Shown: positions 8,231 to 17,845 of the stretch, in pieces
Layout: each line of letters begins with the position of its first letter
Position numbering within the stretch: the stretch's first letter is position 1
Origin: a virus
Lineage: Duplodnaviria; Caudoviricetes
IMG/VR virus record: IMGVR_UViG_3300034357_000690
Coordinates: 1-42,270 of that record
Reading direction: 5' to 3' (one strand)
Length of the DNA: 42,270 bases
Notes under the pieces: generated by a model
Told to the model about the DNA's origin: nothing
Databases searched by the model: none
Seen by the model: the letters and a program-made list of their open reading frames with translations, nothing else
Program-made: the position numbers and the translations under genes

Positions 8231-8601
8231 GCGCGCCTCACGAGTGGCAGGATTTGTTCGATTGCACCGGACGCCAGGGCGAGCACGAGGAGCCGGACTG
8301 GGGTGCGGAGGAGGCCCCAGATGGGCCAGATAAATAGCGGGCTACAGAGGCCCACCAGGGCGTCGAACAGCCGGCCGGCTGCGTCAAGGGTGATCGCCTT
8401 CTTCTCCTCGCCGGTCATGACGGAGACGGCGTCGAGCGACGCGACGGACAGCCGCAGGAGAGCCACCAGCAGCTCGCCGAACTCAGACCAGGTGAGACCG
8501 TCACCAGCCGCCGACCGGGCCGCGCTGATGAAGGCGTCGGTCTTCGTGAGCACGCCCCCCGGGGCGGCCTCGGCGACGGCGATCGGGGCGTCCGCGATCA
8601 A
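8227..8601 (-). CDS. Hypothetical membrane protein (holin candidate)
   Basis: Hydrophobic C-terminal half with a basic tail; coupled overlaps. Confidence 0.55.
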   Translation of the reverse strand: MIADAPIAVAEAAPGGVLTKTDAFISAARSAAGDGLTWSEFGELLVALLRLSVASLDAVSVMTGEEKKAITLDAAGRLFDALVGLCSPLFIWPIWGLLRTPVRLLVLALASGAIEQILPLVRRA

Positions 8602-9068
8602 GAGTACGTCCCCACGCCAACCGCGGTCACGTCGACGCCGTAGGTGCCGGTCACAGACGTGGCGAACGCCAGCGTGCCGCCGGTGATGCCGCTGCCGTAG
8701 TCGGCGATGTGAAGCTGCCCGCCGACGCCAACACGCACGCCCGAGATCCCAGGGTGCGTGACGGTGAGAAACCCGCCGGTCGGGCCGGTCGGCACCTGGA
8801 CGAGCAACTCGCGGACGGTCGACACGTTGGCTGTCTGGAGCGTCCCGAGGACCGATCCGGTGATGCCAGTGGTCGACATCGAGAACCCGGCTTGCGTGCC
8901 GGTGAGCGACTTCGACGCGGCCACGTTGGCCTGGCCCACGCCCGTGCCGTTAGAGATCGCACGCGAGGTGCGATCCTCACCCGAGGCAGAGTAGTCGGCG
9001 ACCGACTGCGAATCGGAGAGGGACCAGGCGAGGCGCGTCGTGCCGGCGACTGTCAGCGAGGTGGACAT
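8598..9068 (-). CDS. Thr/Gly-rich probable virion protein
   Basis: Beta-rich composition; TGITG, TGPTG and SGITG motifs. Confidence 0.65.
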   Translation of the reverse strand: MSTSLTVAGTTRLAWSLSDSQSVADYSASGEDRTSRAISNGTGVGQANVAASKSLTGTQAGFSMSTTGITGSVLGTLQTANVSTVRELLVQVPTGPTGGFLTVTHPGISGVRVGVGGQLHIADYGSGITGGTLAFATSVTGTYGVDVTAVGVGTYS

Positions 9069-9307
9069 CAGTGGATTTTCCCTTCTTCGTGGAGCTTGGT
9101 GGCTTCGGCAAGCGTCATGCCGGAGCGGATCGCGAGGTACTCAAGGAATGTCAGCGGTCGTCGGCCCGGGGGCGTACTTGTGATCGAGCCAATGCCGGCC
9201 CGGCGCGTCGGTTGGTAATGCACATGGGTGCCGCCCTCCTCCGGTGCCGCGAGCGGCTCACGCCCGCGGCCGGTGGTGCGAAACAGCCACTCATGGGTTT
9301 GTGCCAC
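9068..9307 (-). CDS. Hypothetical protein
   Basis: GAGGA RBS before GTG; stop overlaps the next ATG. Confidence 0.65.
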   Translation of the reverse strand: MAQTHEWLFRTTGRGREPLAAPEEGGTHVHYQPTRRAGIGSITSTPPGRRPLTFLEYLAIRSGMTLAEATKLHEEGKIH

Positions 9308-9340
9308 GTCGGTCCTCTACTGCCATTGTACGCTTGTCCA

Positions 9341-9490
9341 CTAGTCGGTTTTGTCAGCGGCAGGGGCCAGCGGAACCCGGCACCAGTAGCACCGATGGCT
9401 GCAGTTCATAAGCCCGCCAAACATGGCTGCCCAAACAAGAACCGAGAATGACGCGACGCAGACCAGCGCCGTCCAGTCGTACCACCTCAT
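9341..9490 (-). CDS. Small membrane protein (49 aa)
   Basis: MRWYDWTALVCVASF... TM segment plus CYWC; ATGA coupling, GGAGG RBS. Confidence 0.55.
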   Translation of the reverse strand: MRWYDWTALVCVASFSVLVWAAMFGGLMNCSHRCYWCRVPLAPAADKTD

Positions 9491-10086
9491 TGACCAGCCT
9501 CCCGATCCATAACCTCGTAGAGACAAGCGGCATACCCGGCGATATCGACGGGGCCGTCGACAGTGGCCCCCGGCCCCCGGAACCGGGCGATCTTGTCGAG
9601 GATCATGATCGTGGCCCAATCGGCCTCGGTGAGCGGTCGCTTCAGCACGTCGGCGAAGGCCGCGTTGACCATACCGATCGTCCGGGCGAAGTGATGTTTC
9701 GGTCCGCCGTACTTGGGGCGGCGGTCGCGGATGACCTCGGCCGTTTTCTCGCAGAGCTGCTCGGCGGGGGTCTTGTCGAGCTGATCGGCGGGGGCACCGT
9801 AGACCGCCCGCTCGACCGGCCCGTCCTGCCGATACTTCGCCCACGCTGCGGCGACCTCTGCCGCCGTCCCCGCCGCATCCGCCACGCCACTCGACCGTGT
9901 TGCTTCCAGCATCCGTTCCCTTTCTTTTAGGATTCTCACGATGTGTGCCGCGAGATTTCCCGATGTTCCACACCATTGCCCCATGAATCGACGCGCATCG
10001 CGGAGGGCCGTCGCGATGTATTCCTGGGAGAGCGGTTCGCGATACGAAACCTCTGCCAAAGTTTCTTCGGGCATAGGTTTCGTCAC
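9487..10086 (-). CDS. DUF6378-like (nucleotide pyrophosphohydrolase-related) protein
   Basis: DRRPKYGGP..HF...LDKIARF...DGPVDIAGYAACL; GTGA overlap. Confidence 0.7.
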   Translation of the reverse strand: MTKPMPEETLAEVSYREPLSQEYIATALRDARRFMGQWCGTSGNLAAHIVRILKERERMLEATRSSGVADAAGTAAEVAAAWAKYRQDGPVERAVYGAPADQLDKTPAEQLCEKTAEVIRDRRPKYGGPKHHFARTIGMVNAAFADVLKRPLTEADWATIMILDKIARFRGPGATVDGPVDIAGYAACLYEVMDREAGQ

Positions 10087-11246
10087 TTCGCACCCCCCAC
10101 ATATTCCATGTGCATCTCGTGCAGCCCGCCACGCTGCGAATAGACCCACTCCTGCATAGCCCGCTCGGCACCGACAAACCCCATGTCGACGTGCCACGAA
10201 TCTGGCGGAACGATCGTGGGGGCCGTCCGCACGATCACGCCGTCGATCGTCCCCACCTCGGCCGATTGGTTGTGCAGGTGGCCGACGTGCCACTCGCGGT
10301 GCCGGCACTGCGACCACAGGGCAGCGGCCTCGATTGCCATCAGTCCGGCCAGTTTCTTTTTTGCTTTATCGCCATGCGTGATGCCGACCAGATTCCCGCC
10401 GTGCGTCAGATACTTCCGGGTGGTGAACTCCGTATTGACCGTGACCCGCTTATCGTCCCGATACCTCTCGACGAATATCTTCTGGAGTGCCCACGCCATC
10501 GCGGTGTCGTGGTTGCCGGGGACGAACACGACATCGGTGGGGATCGACTCGGCCGACAACTCAACCACCCCGGCGATCGACGCCACGGCCAGCTCGATCG
10601 TCTTCTGAAGGCGGGAGTCCCGGTCGATGTAGGTGCCGCCGGTGGTGGTGCCGAAGACCGTGTCGAAGTGCAGGGTGTCGCCGGCCAGCACGATCGTCCG
10701 CCGGCAGGCGTCGCCGCTCCTGCCGATCAGCCGGCTCGCCGTCTTGCCAACCAGATCAGCAGCGATCGACAAGTCATAGTCGCTGCCGGTGGTGTGCCTC
10801 CACGATCGTCCCCCGAAGTGGAGATCGCTCATCACGAGCACGCTCCACAACCCGGACTGCTTGCGGCCGTGGCCCGGCATCTTTGGCTGGCGGATCGCTG
10901 AGGATGCCGCCGCGATCATCCCGTCGACGATCTCCCTGGTTGTTGGCCCGCCCCTCGGCTTCAACCGCACGAACACGCGGAACAGCTCAGTGACCTCCGG
11001 CCGACCGGTCTCGCGATTGACCGACATTCCCTCCCATTTGGTCGCTTCACTCTGTGCCACCTGGTATAGCTCAAGGTCAGCCTCGATATGCCGCAGCAGA
11101 TCCTCTACCGTGCGGATCGTCCGCGAGACGCTCCGGGCCTCGACGTTGTCGCCCTCGGTACGTTTGGTCACATGCTCGGCATCGGCCGCCGGTGAAGGCT
11201 GCGGAAGGCTGGCGACCACGTCAGCTATTAGCGGCCGTCGAGCCAT
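10083..11246 (-). CDS. Calcineurin-like metallophosphoesterase
   Basis: SDLHFG, GDTLH, PGNHD, THGD and GHLH motifs. Confidence 0.85.
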   Translation of the reverse strand: MARRPLIADVVASLPQPSPAADAEHVTKRTEGDNVEARSVSRTIRTVEDLLRHIEADLELYQVAQSEATKWEGMSVNRETGRPEVTELFRVFVRLKPRGGPTTREIVDGMIAAASSAIRQPKMPGHGRKQSGLWSVLVMSDLHFGGRSWRHTTGSDYDLSIAADLVGKTASRLIGRSGDACRRTIVLAGDTLHFDTVFGTTTGGTYIDRDSRLQKTIELAVASIAGVVELSAESIPTDVVFVPGNHDTAMAWALQKIFVERYRDDKRVTVNTEFTTRKYLTHGGNLVGITHGDKAKKKLAGLMAIEAAALWSQCRHREWHVGHLHNQSAEVGTIDGVIVRTAPTIVPPDSWHVDMGFVGAERAMQEWVYSQRGGLHEMHMEYVGGAK

Positions 11247-11470
11247 CTGGTCACCGTAGAGGAGTGTGCGCTAATGCCGCGGTCAGCGAGAGTCTTTGCA
11301 ATGGCTTTTGCCAGCCCGGTCTTCGTTGCGCTGATCCGGCCAGCGCGAAACTCCGACCGGATCTCCACGAGTTCCGCGAGAATCTCCGGCGGCAGCACGT
11401 CGGAAAAACTCTGCCGCGTTCGCCGTGGCAGATTCGTCAGCACGTCCTCGAGCAAACCCAACGTCGCCAT
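11228..11470 (-). CDS. Small probable DNA-binding protein
   Basis: GGAGG RBS; C-terminal LAKAIAKTL...STVTRWL is HTH-like. Confidence 0.65.
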   Translation of the reverse strand: MATLGLLEDVLTNLPRRTRQSFSDVLPPEILAELVEIRSEFRAGRISATKTGLAKAIAKTLADRGISAHSSTVTRWLDGR

Positions 11471-11513
11471 GCCGCCTCCGCATACAGTCAGTTTGCGGAC
11501 AGGTGTACGGGTG

Positions 11514-11759
11514 TCAACCGCTGTTTTTTTCGGCTTCAACCGGCCCCCACTTGCCCACTGGGCACGACTGATCCGCCCAGTGCAGCTTGGATATGTAGGC
11601 CCGTTCGCGGCTGATGCCGCAGCCGCATTTAGTGCAGACGTTGGCAGCGAAATACTCGCACGCCGTGCAGATGGCGTGCCGATCGGCCACTTGCTCGTCG
11701 GTGCAGCGGGGGGCACCGGCGGCGACGTGCGACACCGCGGCCTTAGCGAAGTTGCCCAT
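11514..11759 (-). CDS. Cys-rich small protein (start uncertain)
   Basis: RHAICTACE...CTKCGC...KL.WADQSCPVGKW. Confidence 0.65.
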   Translation of the reverse strand: MGNFAKAAVSHVAAGAPRCTDEQVADRHAICTACEYFAANVCTKCGCGISRERAYISKLHWADQSCPVGKWGPVEAEKNSG

Positions 11760-11817
11760 CCGCTCAAGCAGCGGGGGAGACCCGCTGCTAGCACGCGCGG
11801 CCCGGCGGGCATTGACC

Positions 11818-13167
11818 TCAGACGCTGCAAGGAGCCTGGATTTCAAATCGGATCCGCGGTGCTGAAGCTCCGCAGCCGCCAGTGGAGTCTTGTGGGTAGC
11901 CAATTGATCGCTCCACGGTTGGTTCGCCGATCGGGACGGGGTCGCCTGCCAAGATATTCCCGCAGTCCTCCGGGGCTGCATACGTGTCAATCGTGCCGGC
12001 CCATTGGTCCACCGTAAATCCGCCGCCGCATATTTTAATCGTCTGATGCACGACGTACCACGCGGTCACCGGCGGGCTGACGTTGTTGTCCGATTCGCAG
12101 TACAGGTCCAAAAACTGCTGCTCCAGCAAGTTTTCTGGGGGGTTGTCGGTGCGTTCGAAAAAAAACTTGTACGGGTAGACGATCGTCCCGCTCCCGCCCA
12201 AATGCTCGTAGTACAGCAGATCGTTGGTTACCGGGTCGGTGACCGACATCAACTCGGGCGTGCCTAATACAAACTCTGGAGTTTCGCCTCCCCAGAACAC
12301 CCTGGTGTTGCCCTCGCCGATCGGAACGTCGCAATCCGCCGGGACGCTGCGACACGTTGGGCGGGAGGTGATGCGGAAGGTGTAGCTAACCCCGTCCAAG
12401 ATGTCGTCTACGGCATCCTGCGCATAGGGAAACTCTGGCGGAAGACCCCCTGTAACACCTATGCCTCCATCAGAAATCATGTCCAAGTTCCCAAGCGAGC
12501 AAGTGCCGTCCCCGCTTAGGGTTATTGTCAGCGGCGTGGAAATGTGGCGCGACTTTTGGATGAAAGGGTCGCAAATCCTTCCTGGAGCCGACAAACACGA
12601 AGAGGGAATCTCAAACTCTCCGTAGTAACGGCGTCTCCAGATTCCAATAGTTTGATACCCTAAGCTTTCAAGACCGAACCCTGCACTTGCTGCTAGGTCT
12701 ATTCGCGCGCAGTATGCAGATTCACCGTCGGCGCCAACGCAGCAATAGACTTCAACTGATACGATCACAAACGCTCCGAACCGGTTTCCGGCCTCGACTA
12801 TTTCGTGGTATCCCCCTGCTTGATGGGTGACACTAGCGGCAATCAAACTTCCAGTATTGAACGCAACAGACACGCTTTGATTGGCGAAAGGCTCAAACAA
12901 CTCTTGCCCGGTAATCTCAAATGCGAGCAAGTCCGTAATCAACGAACCTGTGGACGAAGACCGGAGAACTTGATTGCCGCCGCACGCATACGGACTGTGC
13001 TTTACCGCTAGGGCAGATGGCTCAACGACTTCTATGAAGTAGCTGCAAAAGTCCTGGCAGAAGCAAAACGAATCCGGTGGCGGCGGATTCTCGCAGCAGC
13101 AAGCTTGGCTGCCAGCCACCTGACCACCAACCATCAACGGCAGACCGTTTTTGAACCGGATTTCCAC
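11818..13167 (-). CDS. Variable tail-tip or host-interaction protein candidate
   Basis: 449 aa at the end of the tail module; N-terminal ACCC..CFC; visibly more AT-rich than the flanks. Confidence 0.6.
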   Translation of the reverse strand: MEIRFKNGLPLMVGGQVAGSQACCCENPPPPDSFCFCQDFCSYFIEVVEPSALAVKHSPYACGGNQVLRSSSTGSLITDLLAFEITGQELFEPFANQSVSVAFNTGSLIAASVTHQAGGYHEIVEAGNRFGAFVIVSVEVYCCVGADGESAYCARIDLAASAGFGLESLGYQTIGIWRRRYYGEFEIPSSCLSAPGRICDPFIQKSRHISTPLTITLSGDGTCSLGNLDMISDGGIGVTGGLPPEFPYAQDAVDDILDGVSYTFRITSRPTCRSVPADCDVPIGEGNTRVFWGGETPEFVLGTPELMSVTDPVTNDLLYYEHLGGSGTIVYPYKFFFERTDNPPENLLEQQFLDLYCESDNNVSPPVTAWYVVHQTIKICGGGFTVDQWAGTIDTYAAPEDCGNILAGDPVPIGEPTVERSIGYPQDSTGGCGASAPRIRFEIQAPCSV

Positions 13168-13169
13168 GC

Positions 13170-13508
13170 TCAGGTGATCTCCAGCGACGACACCACCACC
13201 TCGAGCCGGTCAACCGCCGACGCGAGAGCGGACACTGAATCCCCCTGTCGCACCGCCAGCGGGGCCGTCAGCACCTCAAGCCTGGTGCCGGTCGCCACGT
13301 TGACGTTGGCCGCCAGGGCGTAGCCGGTGGCCCCCTGGTGTAGCCGCACCGTCACCGCGGCCGCGTTGGTCAGATCGATATTGGCAACGCTGATCGACCG
13401 GATCAGCGTCACCCCGGTGGTCCCGGTCGTTCCGGTCACGCCCGTGGCGACGTAGGTCGTTCCGGTGGTGGAAAGCCGGTAGCCCCGGCTGGCGAATGCT
13501 TCTGGCAT
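13170..13508 (-). CDS. Probable tail protein
   Basis: Beta-rich, TGVTGTTGTTG; located in the tail operon. Confidence 0.65.
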   Translation of the reverse strand: MPEAFASRGYRLSTTGTTYVATGVTGTTGTTGVTLIRSISVANIDLTNAAAVTVRLHQGATGYALAANVNVATGTRLEVLTAPLAVRQGDSVSALASAVDRLEVVVSSLEIT

Positions 13509-13515
13509 GGGAACC

Positions 13516-14238
13516 TCAGAGGAAGTAGCTGGAGGCGTAGGACGGGTTACCGGAGCACTCGGTCACGGTGAACCACTTCAGGCCCGTGTCGCACCCGCTT
13601 GACCCGGCGGCGGCCTTGCCGTGGCCGAGGAGCTGGTCGGCCCCGGTGGAATGTCCGGCGATGGATTCCGACATGCGTTCAGTGCCAAACATCAGTAACG
13701 CCCACGGAGTGCCCGGGCCGGTGGTGCCGGTGGGGATCGGGCCCGTGGCCCCAACCCATACGATCCGGAACGGGCCGGAGTCGGCCGACTCCATGTAGCC
13801 GATCTCGTTTGTCTTTGGCTTGGCGTATTGGTGACCGGTGCATCGCATCTGCACCCTCGCCTGCACAACCCCGTTGATCGCCCCCTGGCCGATCTCGCCA
13901 GCCGGGATCGGCTCGACGGCAACGGCATAAGACTTCGTGCTTGCGGACCCGAGGCCCGGCACCACGCCCACCACGCCGGGCCACGACTCAAACGAGTCCA
14001 CGTCCGGGCCGGTGACTCCGGTCGGTGTCTCGAGCAGCGAGTCGATCTGCAACACGCCCCACCGCTCCAGGGGGCCGGTGGTGAAGTTCTTCATCCGCAC
14101 GGTGAAGTTGGTGCGGGGGAAATCGAACGTCTCGCCGACCGCCCGCGGGTGGAACTTCACCTCCTCGATGATTTTGTTCCACGCCGACGCGGCCACCTTC
14201 ACGGGCTCGCCTGGCCGGACGTGCCGGAGGGGGTTCAT
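13516..14238 (-). CDS. Probable tail-tip protein
   Basis: AVAVEPIPAGEIG motif; ATGA coupling. Confidence 0.65.
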   Translation of the reverse strand: MNPLRHVRPGEPVKVAASAWNKIIEEVKFHPRAVGETFDFPRTNFTVRMKNFTTGPLERWGVLQIDSLLETPTGVTGPDVDSFESWPGVVGVVPGLGSASTKSYAVAVEPIPAGEIGQGAINGVVQARVQMRCTGHQYAKPKTNEIGYMESADSGPFRIVWVGATGPIPTGTTGPGTPWALLMFGTERMSESIAGHSTGADQLLGHGKAAAGSSGCDTGLKWFTVTECSGNPSYASSYFL

Positions 14239-15251
14239 GCCAGCCCCTTTGCTGCGTCATTCATGGGCTGCGTGAACGTATTCCCGCCGACAAGATAGAA
14301 CCGCGGCCAGAAAGTCCCTATCTCTAGGTCGGCGAAATCCTTCCGGGGATGTACCTGGTCGACGTAGACGTACTTCGCACGCTTGACCGGAGACCCGCCG
14401 GCGCTGGCGTCGCCGTACTGCACCCACATAAAATCTTGCCCGTCTTTCTCTGCGACGGTCACGTTCCCGATCTTAAAGTTTTTGCGGTTGGCAGTCGCCG
14501 TGAACGAATAGGAAACCGGCACCATTGTCGATGATCGATTGGTGTCGAACTTAGCTCCGAGGAACAGCACCTCACCAGGGAGGAACGAACGAAATGCCTT
14601 ATCGTTCACCGCCCCGCCCATGTCGTGCAGCTTGATCCCGTATGGCGTGTTCAGCCCGGGATCGCCTGCCGACGTTGTGTTGGTTGCATCGGGCTCGCTG
14701 CCGTTGACCAAATACCACGCCGGGACCAGCCATGTCTCGGTCCACGAAAACGACGGGACCGCCACGTCGATGCCGCCGACCCTGCCGCCGGACACGTTGA
14801 TGGCACCCTCGGAGTCTGGGGCGGTCTCGCCCTCGGCCGCATAGCCCGTGCAGATTGGCTCTTCGCCGTCGTCATCCACCCACGCCGTCGTGATGTGCTC
14901 AGTCTTCGTGGACGTGTCTACGGACAGCCCGGCCGGGATCATTTTTACGCCGCCCGGGCCTTCAATCCCGAACTCGTCCGGGTAAGCCTGGATGCCGGCA
15001 TTGCCGTAGGTGGCCTCGATCTCATACCACCCATTGCCGACCGGACGCGGCACCAGGCTCGTGCGGACGTGGCCGTCGTAGTAAAGGGGGGCGAGCGATG
15101 CCGCCTTCTCTTCGGCCTTCGCGTAGTTCTCGATTGAGTGGACGAGCCACCGCATCGAGACATCGCGAGACATGAGCCCGTCGGTGCTGGTCGAGACTTG
15201 ACCAGACCCGGAGTCGATCCGTTCGATTACTTCTGGGGGCAGTGTGGGCAT
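14235..15251 (-). CDS. Distal tail/hub protein
   Basis: Immediately downstream of the tape measure; VN...F..F.PGEVLFLGA; likely start MPTLPPEV. Confidence 0.7.
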   Translation of the reverse strand: MPTLPPEVIERIDSGSGQVSTSTDGLMSRDVSMRWLVHSIENYAKAEEKAASLAPLYYDGHVRTSLVPRPVGNGWYEIEATYGNAGIQAYPDEFGIEGPGGVKMIPAGLSVDTSTKTEHITTAWVDDDGEEPICTGYAAEGETAPDSEGAINVSGGRVGGIDVAVPSFSWTETWLVPAWYLVNGSEPDATNTTSAGDPGLNTPYGIKLHDMGGAVNDKAFRSFLPGEVLFLGAKFDTNRSSTMVPVSYSFTATANRKNFKIGNVTVAEKDGQDFMWVQYGDASAGGSPVKRAKYVYVDQVHPRKDFADLEIGTFWPRFYLVGGNTFTQPMNDAAKGLA

Positions 15252-15261
15252 CAAAATACTT

Positions 15262-17154
15262 TCAGCTGAATGCGACGCCGGCCCCATAGCCCTCGGCCAT
15301 CTTGCGGAGCAGGCTGTTTGACTCCTCTGTAGCCATAGCCGTTCGCTCGGCAGCGGAGATAAGATCTCGGTCACTGGTGGCCGCGACACCAGCGGCAGCC
15401 ACCGGGCCGCCCGAGGCGATCCCAGCCCGCAGGCCCGCGGCGTTGGGGACGACCCGTCCTGAAGCCACCAGCTCCGCGACGCCGTCGGCGGTTCGGGCGG
15501 TGTTAGCCGCGGTCTCTTCGGCCACCGAAAGGGCCGGGCCGATGGCGAGCCGGGAGGCGACGCCACCGAAGAATGTTCCAAGGGTTTCGCCGGTGCCGAG
15601 AGTTGGCCTAGCGGCCATCATCGGGCCGCCGCCCAGCGGCCTTCGGTTTACGTCCCTGGTGATTCCGGACCGATTCGCCATCTCGGTGGCTTCGGCCGCG
15701 GCTTGCGATGAAGATGCCGCCCACCACGCCAAGCCTCCCACGGCGGCAAGGGCACCGGCAATCCACCCGACGCCTGGAATGGCGAACAGGGCAACGCGAA
15801 GACCGGCGAGGGCGGTAGACAGCCCGCCGATCGCAACCGTAAATGCCCGCGTCATCGTCGTTGCGGTCACCCCGGCCGTAATGTATCCAGCCAGGGCGAA
15901 GTTGGTTGCCTGGAGCAACGCACCAAGCCCGAGGGCGGCGACACCGACAGCAAACATTCCGCCGGCAAGCCCAGCCATAACTACGGTCAGGCCCGGGACG
16001 GTGGACATAAGCCTCGAGTATGTGTCGATGATAAAGATTGCGGCGTCCGCGGCCATCCGGACCGCCCCCGTGAATCCGCTATCGGCAAAGGCGATCGCCA
16101 GCCGCTCAACCACCGCCATCAGCGAGTTGCCGACGCCGGTGAGCTGCGACATCGCGATGTCAAACTTGTCGGCCACGGTGCGAGATGTTTCCATCGCGTC
16201 CGCAATGCGATCGAAGCCCTTCTCGCCCTGCTCCGCAAACGCATGGATCACGCGAATACCGCGAACGTCGAACACGTTGACGAGCGCCTCGTTTGTAAGC
16301 ATGGCGTCGCGGGCGGACCGGTCCATGTTCTTCATCGACTTGGCAAAGATCTCTGCGATCTGGGCGATCGGAAGGAGCTTGCCCTGCTGATCCACCAGAG
16401 ACTCCATCGAAATACCCAGCGTCGCAAGCGCCTCCCTTGCATCCTTCGTGGGAGCAAGCAGCTTCACGAGCAACGTCTTGATTCCCGTCCCAGCTTCTTC
16501 CCCTTTGATTCCGTAGCGGGCGAGAATCGCCAGCCCTTGCGACAGTCCGAACAGTGATTGGTTCGTGCCCCGCGCAACGCTCGCCACCAGGGCGAAACTC
16601 TCAATCATTGAAGCGATCGACGTTTCGCTTGAGTCGGCGGCCGCCGATAGCGTGTCGGCGGCCTCGGAGGCCGACGTGCCGAAAACGTTCATTGCGACTT
16701 TCATGAACTCGGCAGCCTGGGCGGCCTCGACGCCGCTGACCTGGGCGAACTCAACAGCCGACTTCCCGGCACCACCCAGAGCCTCCTCAACCGTCATGCC
16801 GGCCTTGATGAGCAGCGTAAATGACTGAGCGATCCTGGTCGCCGAAATACCCATGGTGCGGGATAGCCGCAGGGCTTCGGCCCGGACCCGAGCCAGCCCC
16901 TCGTCCGATAGGTCGGCCGTGGCCCCCTTTAGTTCTAGGAGCGAATCCTGGAACGTGGCGGCAGACTGTGCGGCCAGGAGCATCGGCAGACCCATCGCGG
17001 CCCCGCCGATTGCCATGCCCGTGCCGGCCCGCTTGAGCGTGCCCGACAGCCGGACGATCGAATGCTGAGTTTTCTTGAGCGTTCTCGTGAACTTGTCGTC
17101 GTTCGCCGAAATCTCGATGAATGCCTTGCCGGCCCTTACTGCTCCAGCACTCAT
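15262..17154 (-). CDS. Tail tape measure protein (TP901-type core)
   Basis: AGKAFIEI N-terminus, Ala-rich helical, GIKGEEAGTGIK motif, TM region. Confidence 0.9.
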   Translation of the reverse strand: MSAGAVRAGKAFIEISANDDKFTRTLKKTQHSIVRLSGTLKRAGTGMAIGGAAMGLPMLLAAQSAATFQDSLLELKGATADLSDEGLARVRAEALRLSRTMGISATRIAQSFTLLIKAGMTVEEALGGAGKSAVEFAQVSGVEAAQAAEFMKVAMNVFGTSASEAADTLSAAADSSETSIASMIESFALVASVARGTNQSLFGLSQGLAILARYGIKGEEAGTGIKTLLVKLLAPTKDAREALATLGISMESLVDQQGKLLPIAQIAEIFAKSMKNMDRSARDAMLTNEALVNVFDVRGIRVIHAFAEQGEKGFDRIADAMETSRTVADKFDIAMSQLTGVGNSLMAVVERLAIAFADSGFTGAVRMAADAAIFIIDTYSRLMSTVPGLTVVMAGLAGGMFAVGVAALGLGALLQATNFALAGYITAGVTATTMTRAFTVAIGGLSTALAGLRVALFAIPGVGWIAGALAAVGGLAWWAASSSQAAAEATEMANRSGITRDVNRRPLGGGPMMAARPTLGTGETLGTFFGGVASRLAIGPALSVAEETAANTARTADGVAELVASGRVVPNAAGLRAGIASGGPVAAAGVAATSDRDLISAAERTAMATEESNSLLRKMAEGYGAGVAFS

Positions 17155-17423
17155 ATGATGTCTTTCAGCTCCTCGCTGCTGATCGTTTTCACCAACTGCT
17201 TCGTGCGGTCACGCATGGGGTGAATCTCGGCAGCGTCATACGGTCGCGGGCGTTTCTTGGGGTCTCGGTGGATCTCTGCTAGTTGGGCGAGGAGGCTACT
17301 GGTGTGGTTCCACAGTTCTCGCTGCCGGCCTTTGACTGCGGCGAGCAGCTCGCGGAGGGACCAGGGGCCGGGGTGGACGCCGACGACGCCGGCGAGTTCA
17401 TAGCCGAGGCACCAGATGTCCAC
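17151..17423 (-). CDS. Tail assembly chaperone, T-like segment
   Basis: Overlaps the G-like ORF in the -1 frame; GAGGAG before GTG 17423; coupled to the tape measure. Confidence 0.6.
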   Translation of the reverse strand: MDIWCLGYELAGVVGVHPGPWSLRELLAAVKGRQRELWNHTSSLLAQLAEIHRDPKKRPRPYDAAEIHPMRDRTKQLVKTISSEELKDII

Positions 17424-17845
17424 CGGGCCAGCTCCTCGTCGATCGCCGCCTCGATCTCCGGCATCCTCTCCTCCACCGCCTTTTCCGCCGCCGCGTCGAC
17501 CTCCCGAACCTTCTTGACCGCCACCGTCAGGATCTTCTGAACGCGGGTCGGGCAAAAAAAAACCATCTCGTCGAGCAGTGCGTTGTAGGAAGCCTCGAGC
17601 GTCTTGCCGTCGAAGGCCCCATAGAACGCCTCCGGCGTCAGGTTGCGGGCCACGGCTTGCGGCTCGACCATGCACCAAATGACCTGGCCCAGCACGAACG
17701 GGTCCGACAGTTGCTCCAGACTCTTCCGCTCCTCGGTGGCGAGATCAAAGAGCGACACGCCGGTGTGTGCCTTCACGCGGGCGTAGGAAGCGTAGGTCGC
17801 CACCAGATCCCAGGAGCGGTCGGCGTTGTCTTGAAAGGTGTGCAT
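17279..17845 (-). CDS. Tail assembly chaperone, G-like
   Basis: Between tail tube and tape measure; T9 run at 17554-17562. Confidence 0.7.
   Translation of the reverse strand: MHTFQDNADRSWDLVATYASYARVKAHTGVSLFDLATEERKSLEQLSDPFVLGQVIWCMVEPQAVARNLTPEAFYGAFDGKTLEASYNALLDEMVFFCPTRVQKILTVAVKKVREVDAAAEKAVEERMPEIEAAIDEELARWTSGASAMNSPASSASTPAPGPSASCSPQSKAGSENCGTTPVASSPN

Noticed and set aside
11818-13167. Diversity-generating retroelement target
   Set aside because: No reverse transcriptase and no template/variable repeat pair seen in the window
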